Below, piece after piece: positions 8,552-17,152 of a DNA stretch of 32,000 nt. This stretch comes from Geotalea uraniireducens Rf4. Lineage in GTDB: Bacteria; Desulfobacterota; Desulfuromonadia; Geobacterales; Geobacteraceae. The stretch is taken from positions 1,440,001 through 1,472,000 of the forward strand of contig NC_009483.1 of NCBI RefSeq assembly GCF_000016745.1. The letters run 5' to 3'. How positions within the stretch are numbered: position 1 is the stretch's first letter; every line of letters begins with the position of its first letter. Position numbers and translations under genes: made by a program. Below the pieces are notes generated by a model that ran no database searches, was not told where the DNA came from, and was given only the letters and a program-made list of their open reading frames with translations.

Positions 8552-10618
8552 TTACACAAACAGCCCTATTGCCAGGTCTATACCCTTGATCCCCACGAAC
8601 GGCGCGATGATCCCCCCGACCCCGTAGATGAGGAGGTTGTAGATCAGGAGCTTTTGCGCCGGCATGGGGCGGTACTTGGTCCCTTTGAGCGCCAGCGGGA
8701 TGAGGAGCGGAATGATCACGGCGTTGAAGATGACAGCAGACAGAATGGCGCTGTAAGGGCTGGCCAGCCGCATGACGTTGAGCGCATTCAGCTGCGGGTA
8801 GATGGAGATGATCGCCGCCGGGATGATGGCGAAGTACTTGGCGATGTCGTTGGAGATGCTGAAGGTGGTCAGGTTCCCGCGGGTCATGAGGATCTGCTTG
8901 CCGATCTCCACGATGTCGAGGAGCTTGGTCGGGTTAGAGTCCAGGTCGATGATGTTTGCGGCCTCTTTAGCCGACTGGGTGCCGGTGTTCATCGCCACCG
9001 CCACGTCCGCTTGCGCCAGGGCCGGGGCGTCGTTCGTGCCGTCGCCGGTCATGGCCACCATGTAGCCGGCCTCCTGGTTCTCTCTTATGAGCCGCAGCTT
9101 GTCCTCCGGCTTCGCCTGGGCCAGGAAGTCGTCCACCTGTGCCTCGGCGGCAATGGCTGCGGCGGTCAATGGGTTGTCGCCGGTGATCATCACCGTCTTG
9201 ATCCCCATGCTCCGCAGCTGCTGGAACCGCTCCTGGATCCCCCCTTTCAGGATGTCTTTGAGGTTTACGACCCCCAGAACCTCTGTGTCGCAGCTGACAA
9301 CCAGAGGTGTGGACCCGGCGCGGGCGATCTCGTCCACCTTGCCTGCCAGATCCTTGGGGATGTTCCCCCCAAGATTCCCGACAAAGGCGACGACGGAGTC
9401 TGCTGCACCTTTACGATACTGCTTGCCTCCCAGGTTCACGCCGGAGAGACGGGTGTCAGGGCTGAATGCTATGTTTTCGGCATCAGCAGGGAGGACCTCA
9501 AGCTTCTGGCTGTATTTCTGTTTCGCCAGCGTTACGATGCTGCGTCCTTCCGGGGTTTCATCGGACAGCGAAGCTGTGAGAACTGCCTCGGCCAGTTCCT
9601 GTTCGGTATGCCCCCCTACCGGGACGAAAGCCACCGCTTCCCGGTTCCCCAGGGTGATGGTGCCGGTTTTGTCGAGGAGGAGCACGTTCACGTCTCCGGC
9701 CGCTTCGATGGCCCTGCCCGACAGGGCGATGACGTTCTTCTGGAAGAGCCGGTCCATCCCTGCGATGCCGATGGCGGGGAGGAGCGCGGCGATGGTGGTC
9801 GGCGCCAGGCAGACGAAGAGGGCGACGAGGACTGTGAGAGAGACGGGCGTCCCCTGGCCGGCGGCCTTCACGCTGTAAATGGAGAGGGGGCTCATGTTCG
9901 CCACCACCAGGAGGAAGACGAAGGTGAGGGCAATGAGGAGGACCTCCAGGGCGATCTCGTTGGGTGTCTTGCGCCGCTTGGCCCCCTCGATGAGGGAGAT
10001 CATCCGGTCGAGGAAGGTCTCGCCGGGATTGGCGGTTATCCTGACGATAATGGAGCTGGCGAGCACCTCGGTGCCGCCGGTGACGGCACTCCGGTCGCCT
10101 CCCGACTCGCGCACCACCGGCGCCGATTCTCCGGTCACCGCCGCTTCGTTGACCAGCGCCGCTCCGGCAACGACGTCGCCGTCACCGGCGATCATGTCGT
10201 GGGTTTCCACAAGGATACAGTCGTCCTTGCGGAGCTCGTTCGCGCCGACGATCTCGTATGGGCTTCCGAACTCGGCCCTTTTCAGACGCTTGGCCTTGAC
10301 CTCGGTGCGGGTTTTCCGCAAGCTGGCGGCGCGTGCCTTGCCGCGCCCTTCCGCCAGCGCCTCGGCAAAGGTGGCGAAGAGGACGGTCAGCCAGAGCCAC
10401 AGTGACACTAGACCGGTGAACCAGGCAGGCTCATGGCTTTTTCCCGTGAGCGACATGATGAACGTGATCAGGGTGATGCTGCTGCTGATTTCCACGGCGA
10501 ACATGACCGGATTGCGCCATAGGGTGCGCGGGTCGAGCTTCTTGAATGAATCGAGCAGGGCGGGTCGCATGATCCGCGGATCAAAGATGGATATGGGTTG
10601 CGGGGCATGTTTCGTCAT
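8552..10618 (-). CDS. kdpB: K+-transporting P-type ATPase subunit B
   Basis: 688 aa with DKTGTIT phosphorylation motif, MITGDN and [13 protein letters not shown]. KdpB-like N-terminus ([19 protein letters not shown]). Confidence 0.95.
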   Translation of the reverse strand: MTKHAPQPISIFDPRIMRPALLDSFKKLDPRTLWRNPVMFAVEISSSITLITFIMSLTGKSHEPAWFTGLVSLWLWLTVLFATFAEALAEGRGKARAASLRKTRTEVKAKRLKRAEFGSPYEIVGANELRKDDCILVETHDMIAGDGDVVAGAALVNEAAVTGESAPVVRESGGDRSAVTGGTEVLASSIIVRITANPGETFLDRMISLIEGAKRRKTPNEIALEVLLIALTFVFLLVVANMSPLSIYSVKAAGQGTPVSLTVLVALFVCLAPTTIAALLPAIGIAGMDRLFQKNVIALSGRAIEAAGDVNVLLLDKTGTITLGNREAVAFVPVGGHTEQELAEAVLTASLSDETPEGRSIVTLAKQKYSQKLEVLPADAENIAFSPDTRLSGVNLGGKQYRKGAADSVVAFVGNLGGNIPKDLAGKVDEIARAGSTPLVVSCDTEVLGVVNLKDILKGGIQERFQQLRSMGIKTVMITGDNPLTAAAIAAEAQVDDFLAQAKPEDKLRLIRENQEAGYMVAMTGDGTNDAPALAQADVAVAMNTGTQSAKEAANIIDLDSNPTKLLDIVEIGKQILMTRGNLTTFSISNDIAKYFAIIPAAIISIYPQLNALNVMRLASPYSAILSAVIFNAVIIPLLIPLALKGTKYRPMPAQKLLIYNLLIYGVGGIIAPFVGIKGIDLAIGLFV

Positions 10619-10647
10619 TATTTTGTTCTCCGTCGTTTCATTGTTCC

Positions 10648-10800
10648 GTAGGGGCGGGGTTGCCCCGCCCGCCTTTCATCGCAGATTGTCAAGGGCGGGG
10701 AAACCCCGAGGGCGGGGAAACCCCGAGGGCGGGTAAACCCCGAGGGCGGGTAAACCCCGAGGGCGGGTAAACCCCGAGGGCGGGGAAACCCCGCCCCTAC
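10648..10800. repeat. REP doublet with internal minisatellite in the kdpA-kdpB gap
   Basis: Left end is GTAGGGGCGGGGTTGCCCCGCCC (10648-10670). The right end read in reverse complement is GTAGGGGCGGGGTTTCCCCGCCC (10778-10800). These 23-nt terminal inverted repeats differ by one loop nucleotide. Confidence 0.6.
10693..10794. repeat. 17-nt tandem repeat x6 (GGGCGGG[G/T]AAACCCCGA)
   Basis: Units start at 10693, 10710, 10727, 10744, 10761 and 10778. Each unit holds a CGGGG-AAA-CCCCG mini-hairpin. The array runs to within 2 nt of the kdpA stop codon (10797-10799). Confidence 0.9.
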
Positions 10801-12575
10801 CGCATCATAATCAATTGTTCGGCGATCGGCCCCATGGCCAGGGCCGGGAAAAAGGTGAGCGCGCCGACGATCAGGATGACCAGCGTCAGCCAGAGGGCAA
10901 AAGGCGCCTGATCGGTGGGAAGGGTGCCGAGGCTGGGTGGTACGTATTTTTTCTCCGCCAGGCCGCCGGCCATGGCGAGCACCGCCACCGCCGGGACAAA
11001 GCGGCCCAGTAACATGGCCACCGCGCCGGTCAGATTGTAGAAGAGGGTGTTGCCGTTCAGCCCGGCGAAGGCGCTGCCGTTGTTGTTGGACATGGAGGCA
11101 AAGGCGTAGAGCACCTCGGAGAGGCCGTGGGCGCCGGAGTTATTCATGGAGGAGACCCCGGCCGGCAGGATCATGGCAATCCCCGAGAAGATGAGGACCA
11201 GGATGCCGGAGGCGAGGACGGTAGTGATCGACATCCACATCTCCCGCACCTCGATCTTCTTGCCGAGGTATTCGGGGGTGCGGCCGATCATCAGCCCGGC
11301 GACGAAAACTGCGATCACCACGAAGGCGAGCATGGTGTAAAGCCCCGTGCCGACTCCGCCGAAAATCACCTCGGAGAGGAGGATCAGGGAGAGCGGCACC
11401 ATGCCGCCGATCGGGGTGAGGGAATCGTGCATGGTGTTGACCGCGCCGCAGGAGGTGCCGGTGGTGGCAGTGGCGAAGAGGGCGCTCCCTGCCAGGCCGA
11501 AGCGGGTCTCCTTCCCTTCCATGTTGATGCCGTGCACGCCGAGCTTCGCCACCAGCGGGTTGCCGCTACTCTCCGCCCGGTAGAAAACGCCTATCGCCAG
11601 GATGAGGATGGCCAGCATCACCGCCAGGAGCGCCCATCCCTGACGGGTATTCCCGGCCATGCGGCCGAAGGTATAGGTGAGCCCGCCGGAGATGAGGAGG
11701 ATCAGGAAGACCTCGAAGATGTTGGAGAGGGGCGTCGGGTTTTCGAAGGGGTGGGCCGAGTTGGCGTTGAAGAAGCCGCCGCCGTTGGTGCCGAGCTCCT
11801 TGATCGCCTCCTGGGAGGCGACCGGCCCCATGGGAATGGTGACTTCCTTGACCGTCACGCTCTCGGTCACCGGATTTCCCTTGGCATCCTTGATGGGGGT
11901 CCCCTTGGCGTCCAGCCGCGGTTTCTCAAAGCTGGTTGCCTGCACGAGCGGCACCGTTTTATATGGGGAGAAGTTCTGGATCACCCCCTGGGAGACCAGG
12001 AATATTGCGGCAATGAGCGAAAGCGGCAGGAGGATGTAGAGGGTGCACCTGGTCGTATCCACCCAGAAATTTCCGAGGGCGGAGCTCTTGCGCCGCACCA
12101 GACCGCGGATTGCGGCAATCGCTATGACGATGCCGGTGGCGGCGGAGGTAAAGTTGTGCACCGCGAAGCCGAACATCTGGGTGAAGTAGCTGGCGGCCGC
12201 TTCACCGCCGTAATTCTGCCAGTTGGTGTTGGTCGTGAAGCTGATGGCTGTATTGAGCGCCAGTGGCCAGGAAAATGCCGGTAATTTCTGCGGATTGAGG
12301 GGCAAAATTCCCTGGAGGAGCAGCATCGCAAAGAGGCTCACGGCGAACACCAGGTTAAAGAGGAGCATGGCACAGGCATAGCGCTTCCACCCCATCTCAT
12401 CGTCCTTGTCCACCCCGCAGATCCGATAGAGGAGATTCTCGCAGGGGACAAAGACGGGCGACAGGAGGGTCCGCTCTCCCTGGAAGACTTTGGCCATGTA
12501 AGTGCCAAAGGGCTTTATCAGCGCCAGCAGGACGACGAAAAAGAGAATCGTTTCCAGCCATTCATACGGGTTCAT
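10797..12575 (-). CDS. kdpA: K+-transporting ATPase subunit A
   Basis: 592-aa polytopic membrane protein with a KdpA-like N-terminus ([13 protein letters not shown]...) and selectivity-filter-like TNGGGFF. GGAGA RBS. Confidence 0.95.
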   Translation of the reverse strand: MNPYEWLETILFFVVLLALIKPFGTYMAKVFQGERTLLSPVFVPCENLLYRICGVDKDDEMGWKRYACAMLLFNLVFAVSLFAMLLLQGILPLNPQKLPAFSWPLALNTAISFTTNTNWQNYGGEAAASYFTQMFGFAVHNFTSAATGIVIAIAAIRGLVRRKSSALGNFWVDTTRCTLYILLPLSLIAAIFLVSQGVIQNFSPYKTVPLVQATSFEKPRLDAKGTPIKDAKGNPVTESVTVKEVTIPMGPVASQEAIKELGTNGGGFFNANSAHPFENPTPLSNIFEVFLILLISGGLTYTFGRMAGNTRQGWALLAVMLAILILAIGVFYRAESSGNPLVAKLGVHGINMEGKETRFGLAGSALFATATTGTSCGAVNTMHDSLTPIGGMVPLSLILLSEVIFGGVGTGLYTMLAFVVIAVFVAGLMIGRTPEYLGKKIEVREMWMSITTVLASGILVLIFSGIAMILPAGVSSMNNSGAHGLSEVLYAFASMSNNNGSAFAGLNGNTLFYNLTGAVAMLLGRFVPAVAVLAMAGGLAEKKYVPPSLGTLPTDQAPFALWLTLVILIVGALTFFPALAMGPIAEQLIMMR

Positions 12576-12861
12576 AATTTGGTCTCCGGTTGATATCGTT
12601 CTTTACCAAGTTTACCACGCAATACGCTTGCAGACAGGAGCGGGCCGTGTGCGGAGTTCCCGGCGCTGCAAACGGACCGTTCCATGATTGTCACTGTAGC
12701 GCGAAAGTGATAAAGGGGGGCTCAAGATGCCATGGAAAGACGTCAAGAAGTTATCAAGATGTGGAAGAGAAAGAGCAGCCCCGGCTGCATTTGTATTTGC
12801 CTCAGCCGGTGATAACCTTTACCCTTGAAACGCAGCGTGATTAAATTCCTGGAGGTGCTTC

Positions 12862-13347
12862 ATGCGGAAATCCGTCATCAAGGGAATCTTCAGTTCGGCT
12901 CTGTCGGCTGTCAGCAGCATCGGCGCCCGCTCTCTGGAGCCGGGGGAAAAGGCTCCCCCCTTCGAGGCCCCCTCGACCAGCGGAGTGGTGCGGCTGGCCG
13001 ATTACCTGGGGAAGCGGAACGTGCTGCTTGCCTTCTATTTCGTCGACTTCACCCCGACCTGAACGGATGAGATGCGGGCCTTTCAGCGGGACCTCTCCCG
13101 CTTCGAAGGCCTCAACGTCCAGGTCCTGGGCGTAAGTCCCGACAGCCCCGCCACCCACGATGAATTCAGCGCCAGGCACGGCATCACCTTTCCCCTCATC
13201 TCCGACGAGAAAGGGGCGGTGCAGAGGCAGTACGCTCCCGGCCGCGTCACCTTCATCATCGACAAGGCCGGAATCGTCCGTTTCATCCAGAAGGGGGTGC
13301 CGGACAACGAGCTGCTCCTCGGGGAACTGGAAAAACTCGAGACTTGA
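12862..13347 (+). CDS. peroxiredoxin (Bcp/PrxQ-like), predicted selenoprotein with Sec at TGA 13060-13062
   Basis: ORFs 12862-13062 and 13072-13347 share one frame. The joined sequence reads ...LLAFYFVDFTPT-[TGA]-TDEMRAF...VLGVSPDS...FPLISD. The TGA sits where the peroxidatic Cys of the TPxCTxE motif belongs. GGAGG RBS before ATG 12862. Confidence 0.75.
13077..13111 (+). promoter_or_regulatory. candidate bacterial SECIS stem-loop
   Basis: It begins 15 nt after the TGA. Lower stem GGCCTT/AAGGCC, upper stem AGCGGGA/TCCCGCT, apical loop CCTC. The loop lacks the usual G/U, so this is tentative. Confidence 0.4.
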
Positions 13348-13361
13348 TACTTAATTCCTCC

Positions 13362-13390
13362 TTGACTTATATAAGCACATCGATTAAATT
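13362..13390 (+). promoter_or_regulatory. sigma70-like promoter candidate for the DTW gene
   Basis: TTGACT (13362-13367), a 17-nt spacer, then TAAATT (13385-13390). Confidence 0.35.
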
Positions 13391-13453
13391 CCGCCCCTGT
13401 CCCGAATTGCACGCATACTTCGATATTTTTCAAAGGTAAAGAGTTCCACTGTT

Positions 13454-14056
13454 ATGGGTTCCAGATCAAAACGAAGCGAACGTTGCCCGCGGTGCCGAAT
13501 GCACGTTCCCCTGTGCATTTGCCGATCGATTCCCCGGTATGCCCTCGATACCCGTCTCGTCCTCGTGATGCACCATCGCGAGCACATAAAGACCACTGCG
13601 ACCGGTCCACTTGCCCTTGAAGCTCTGCCCAACAGCGAATTGCGCATTCACGGTCATCGGGACCGGCCGCTAGATTTCAGCGATCTCGACATTCCCGACC
13701 GGAGAACGCTTCTCCTCTACCCGGGAGATGACGTTCCGGTACTGAGCAGGAGTTTACTGGAGCAGGACAACCGGCCCGTCACCCTCGTGGTTCCTGACGG
13801 CAACTGGCGTCAGGCCTCCAGAATGGGACGGAGGCTTCCAGGACTTGAGCACGCGGAAATGGTCCGGCTTCCGGAAGGACCTCTGACCCGGTGGGGAATC
13901 CGAAGAGAGGCCCACCCGCAGGGCCTGGCGACATTCGAAGCCATTGCCAGGGCCCTCGGCATCATTGAATCACCTGCTGTTCAGGCGGGCATGGAAGATC
14001 TCTTTCGCCTCATGGTGCAAACAACACTCCATTCACGAGGATGCCCGGTCGTATAG
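13454..14056 (+). CDS. DTW-domain protein (tRNA-uridine aminocarboxypropyltransferase family)
   Basis: N-terminal Cys cluster CPRCRMHVPLCIC, and LVVPDGNWRQA in place of the DTW motif. About 200 aa, typical for the family. Confidence 0.8.
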   Translation: MGSRSKRSERCPRCRMHVPLCICRSIPRYALDTRLVLVMHHREHIKTTATGPLALEALPNSELRIHGHRDRPLDFSDLDIPDRRTLLLYPGDDVPVLSRSLLEQDNRPVTLVVPDGNWRQASRMGRRLPGLEHAEMVRLPEGPLTRWGIRREAHPQGLATFEAIARALGIIESPAVQAGMEDLFRLMVQTTLHSRGCPVV

Positions 14057-14115
14057 GCGGACCTGCCTTACGACGTGAGTCGTTACAATATGTGAGCAAA
14101 ACCGAACTGCAATAG

Positions 14116-14220
14116 CACACGGATTTAACGGATTGTACGGATTTACACGGATTTTTTTAGCAAGATTTTTTATTTAGTCTTATCCGTGATAATCCGTCAA
14201 AATCAGATTTTATCCGTGTG
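14116..14220. repeat. palindromic array of phased ACGGATT/ATCCGT heptamers
   Basis: ACGGATT at 14119, 14128, 14137 and 14147. Inverted ATCCGT at 14182, 14192 and 14212, plus a degenerate copy near 14202. The termini CACACGGAT...ATCCGTGTG are inverted. Confidence 0.7.
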
Positions 14221-14302
14221 AAAATGTCTTTTGGTTTTTCCTGTTTGGTTCCGGCTTCGCCGGCTTAGGTGGGATGAATTTAGCTGTTTGAATGTTCGAA
14301 AG

Positions 14303-14323
14303 ACCCGCGCAAGCGGGTTTTTT
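14303..14323 (+). terminator. intrinsic terminator T1
   Basis: ACCCGC-GCAA-GCGGGT followed by a run of 6 T. No annotated gene ends nearby. Confidence 0.6.
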
Positions 14324-14439
14324 GCGTTCAAAAAGAGGTGGGTGTAAGGGCGGTCCCGAAAAGGTGTGGGAAATAAGGTAGAAGGAACCGCCCGCCAAGC
14401 AGAAGGAAAAAGGTGAAGAAAAGAAATAGAGTGATGGAA

Positions 14440-14469
14440 AAGGGTTAGCTGAAAGGCTAACCCTTTTTT
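14440..14469 (+). terminator. intrinsic terminator T2 (hairpin also usable from the minus strand)
   Basis: 10-bp stem AAGGGTTAGC/GCTAACCCTT, loop TGAAAG, and a run of 6 T. On the minus strand the hairpin is followed by TTTT. Confidence 0.75.
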
Positions 14470-14474
14470 AGTTA

Positions 14475-15125
14475 GTGCGCCAGGCATGGCGCGTGGCGCG
14501 TAAGCGCCATCCAATCAGGTGTGGTGCCTGATTGGTGACTTGGAGGTGCAAGTCCTCTACGGACCCTGATGGTGGGAACCGTTAGCCGAACAGCAAGGGT
14601 GTCCGGGGCGACCCGGAATCTGAAGGAAGCTGTAAGCAAAGTCCCGGCCCGACGAACAGGAATCGCATATGAGGCAGCCACATCTGGGCGAGAGGGCTAA
14701 GAGACTCAAAACCCGATTACCATCCGGAAGGTGTGGAAGTAGATGCGGCGGGTGTATGGGATGAAGGTCACGCGAATTACCCTGGGAGATCTGGCAACCT
14801 GCCTTGTGCTACCGACATCGAGAGGTGTCGGGATGGGATGCCAGAAGTCAGCAGACGCCATATTAGTCGGCCTTACCAGTTGATGAAGGGCTGAACCTGT
14901 CAGAGCGTCCTTGATGGATATTCTGATTGTCTTGAGCAGAAGCCTCGCAAGAGGGCCTGATAAACCCGTAAGTAGCGGACGGAATCCGTGAGGCAGGGTT
15001 GGGTGCTTATAGGACATCAGGGATGGAAGTCAATAACGGAACATGCTGACAGGAATCGCCGTGTACGGAACCGTACGCACGGTGGTGTGGGAGGACGGCG
15101 GGGGCGACCCCGCCTCCTACCCGAT
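14475..15125 (+). mobile_element. ORF-less group II intron-like RNA (651 nt)
   Basis: 5' GTGCGCCAGGC. Domain V at 15056-15085. Domain VI at 15089-15122 has a GCGA tetraloop and bulged A15119, 7 nt from the AT-3' end. No RT-like ORF is present inside. Confidence 0.75.
15056..15085 (+). ncRNA. domain V of intron 2
   Basis: TCGCCGTGT-ACG-GAAC-CGT-AC-GCACGGTGG. This gives a 9-bp lower helix with a CGC triad and an AC bulge, but only a 3-bp upper helix and a non-GNRA loop. Confidence 0.7.
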
Positions 15126-15650
15126 TCATTATTTATAGTTGCCATCAATAATCGGCCAAAGCCGACCGTTTCCAATGGTTCGCCGCAGTGCAGACATAAA
15201 CAAAACCACTATCCCACGCAATTTCACCTTGATAACAGTTACTTCCACTGGCTGGAGTTCTTGGGGTATCAATACGAATGGTATCTCCTGCCATATGCAG
15301 TTTTCCGGTTCCTGAGAGGGCCGGGGCCGTGGTGCCTATACCCACAATGCCATTGTAGTTTATACGCATTCTTTCCGGTTTATATTTATCTACTCCGGTA
15401 GAAAAACGAATATTGGAGGGGGCATAGTTTAAGGCAACAGGGCCTGCTTGACTATCTATGCCGAGTATTATGCTTGCTGAGGCAAGATATTGTGCCCCAT
15501 CATAAGCGAGTCCGTGGAAGGCAGCGACATTATCGCCCTGTAACACAGCAGTTGGCGCGGATGATGAACCGCGACTCCCTCTGTGCCAATATAAGTGAGA
15601 CACTTACCTCCCCTTAAATTACTGTAGAGGGTGGGGAGGAAAGAAAGGAT

Positions 15651-16154
15651 ATGACCATCAGTAATGTGAAGCGCATCCCGGTAATTGCAGGAGCCCGTAA
15701 GGCGAGTGCAATTACCGGGATGGCCCCCGAAGATTTAACTCGGCAACAGCAGGAATTGACTACCTCACCGCCTGACCCGGAGGTAGCGGAAAAGCCTGTA
15801 CGCAGGCGTTTCACGGCTAAGTACAAACTTGACATCCTAAACCAAGTCGACTCTTGCACCAAGCCCGGTAGCCTGGCAGCGCTATTACGTCGAGAGGGGC
15901 TTTATGCTTCCAACCTCAACACCTGGCGCCGCCAGCGGGATGAAGGAAGCCTTGCGGCGCTTACGCCCAAGCAGAGGGGCCGTAAAGCGCTAAAGCCCGA
16001 TCCCATGGCCGTCGAGAACGAGCGACTGCGCAAGGAGATTACCCGCCTTGCCAAACGCCTCAAACAGGCCGAGTTGATCATCGATGTCCAAAAAAAAGTC
16101 TCGCAGATCCTGGGGATCACCTTGGATACGCCGCCAGAGAGCGAGAGCGACTGA
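15651..16154 (+). CDS. IS3 transposase OrfA (HTH/leucine zipper part)
   Basis: 167 aa, typical IS3 OrfA. It ends just downstream of the A-run slippery site. Confidence 0.85.
   Translation: MTISNVKRIPVIAGARKASAITGMAPEDLTRQQQELTTSPPDPEVAEKPVRRRFTAKYKLDILNQVDSCTKPGSLAALLRREGLYASNLNTWRRQRDEGSLAALTPKQRGRKALKPDPMAVENERLRKEITRLAKRLKQAELIIDVQKKVSQILGITLDTPPESESD
16090..16098 (+). promoter_or_regulatory. programmed -1 frameshift slippery run (A8G)
   Basis: AAAAAAAAG lies in the orfA/orfB overlap window, like the IS3-family A6G/A7 motifs. Confidence 0.6.
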
Positions 16155-17152
16155 TGGAAGCTGTCGAAATACTTGCCCCTGATGTGGGCACCGATCCTGC
16201 CTGTAAAGCTCTTGGTGTTTCCCGTGCCGGGCTGTATCGCAGGCGCGCAATCAGCAAGACAGCGCCGCGTGTACCCCAAAAGCGCCCTGTGCCGCCACGG
16301 ACCTTGCCATCAGAGGAAAGGCAGGCAGTACTCGATATTCTGCATTCCGAGCGCTTTCAGGACAAGGCACCCCATGAGGTGTATGCAACGCTTTTGGACG
16401 AAGGGGCCTATCACTGCTCGATCCGCACGATGTATCGAATTCTCGAAGAAAACGCCGAAGTCAAAGAGCGGAGAAATCAGTTGCGGCATCCCGACTACAA
16501 AAAGCCTGAGCTTCTGGCAACGGCCCCAAATCAAGTCTGGTCGTGGGATATTACCAAATTGATGGGGCCTGCTAAATGGTCCTATTTTTACCTCTATGTG
16601 ATTCTCGATATCTTCAGCCGCTATGTGGTCGGCTGGATGGTTGCAACCTGCGAGTCGTCGGAACTGGCCAAACGGCTGTTCAAAGAAACGTGTGAGAAAC
16701 AAGTCATCCAGAAAGGGCAGTTAACGATCCACGCCGATCGCGGCTCTTCCATGAAATCCAAGCCGGTAGCTTTTCTGTTTGCTGATCTGGGGATCACTAA
16801 AACGCACTCAAGGCCCTATACGAGCGACGACAACCCATATTCGGAAGCCCAATTTAAAACGCTGAAATATCAGCCTGATTTCCCGGAAAGATTCGGCAGT
16901 ATAGAAGACGCAAGATCGTTCTGCCAAACCTTTTTCCCCTGGTATAACCAGGAACACAAGCATTCCGGCATCAGCCTACTTACACCTGAAGTAGTACATT
17001 ACGGCAGAGCTGAGGAAGTCATCCGATCAAGGCAAACCGTGTTGACTGCTGCTTATGCAGCCCATCCTGAACGCTTCGTCAGGAAAATACCATTACATAA
17101 ACCGTTACCGGAAGCGGCGTGGATCAACCCGCCAAAACCGGCCACTAGCTAA
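16154..17152 (+). CDS. IS3 transposase OrfB (DDE/rve integrase core), probably made as an OrfAB fusion
   Basis: WSWDIT...LYVILDIFSR...HADRGS...NPYSEAQFKTLKY are typical of rve-domain cores. The -1 frame is open from 16091 to the ATG at 16154. Confidence 0.9.
   Translation: MEAVEILAPDVGTDPACKALGVSRAGLYRRRAISKTAPRVPQKRPVPPRTLPSEERQAVLDILHSERFQDKAPHEVYATLLDEGAYHCSIRTMYRILEENAEVKERRNQLRHPDYKKPELLATAPNQVWSWDITKLMGPAKWSYFYLYVILDIFSRYVVGWMVATCESSELAKRLFKETCEKQVIQKGQLTIHADRGSSMKSKPVAFLFADLGITKTHSRPYTSDDNPYSEAQFKTLKYQPDFPERFGSIEDARSFCQTFFPWYNQEHKHSGISLLTPEVVHYGRAEEVIRSRQTVLTAAYAAHPERFVRKIPLHKPLPEAAWINPPKPATS

Noticed and set aside
8525-10405. 626-aa plus-strand ORF, plus other long plus-strand ORFs (9879-10736, 11127-12284, 5785-6573, 6856-7596)
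   Set aside because: All are antisense to clearly identified kdpB/kdpA/kdpD genes. They are Arg/Gly/Asp/His-rich with no domain signatures. They are GC-driven shadow ORFs.
10693-10794. Possible CRISPR array (regular GC-rich repeats)
   Set aside because: The 17-nt units are strictly head to tail with no spacers and are shorter than CRISPR repeats. No cas genes are nearby. It is a tandem minisatellite inside a REP doublet.
12668-12686. sigma54 promoter for kdp (minus strand TGGAACGGTCCGTTTGCA)
   Set aside because: The GG-to-GC spacing is 12 nt instead of the required 10, and the -24 element is TGGAAC rather than TGGCAC.
12576-12700. kdpF upstream of kdpA
   Set aside because: The only ORF coupled to kdpA (about 35 codons, ATGA overlap; MERSVCSAGNSAHGPLL...) is hydrophilic and unlike the short hydrophobic KdpF peptide. 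No other frame gives a hydrophobic 25-30-aa ORF. kdpF is either absent or unrecognisable.
14988-15401. 137-aa plus-strand ORF spanning the 3' end of intron 2
   Set aside because: It has no RT or maturase motifs, crosses the intron boundary and overlaps the P1 gene on the opposite strand. It is not an intron-encoded protein.
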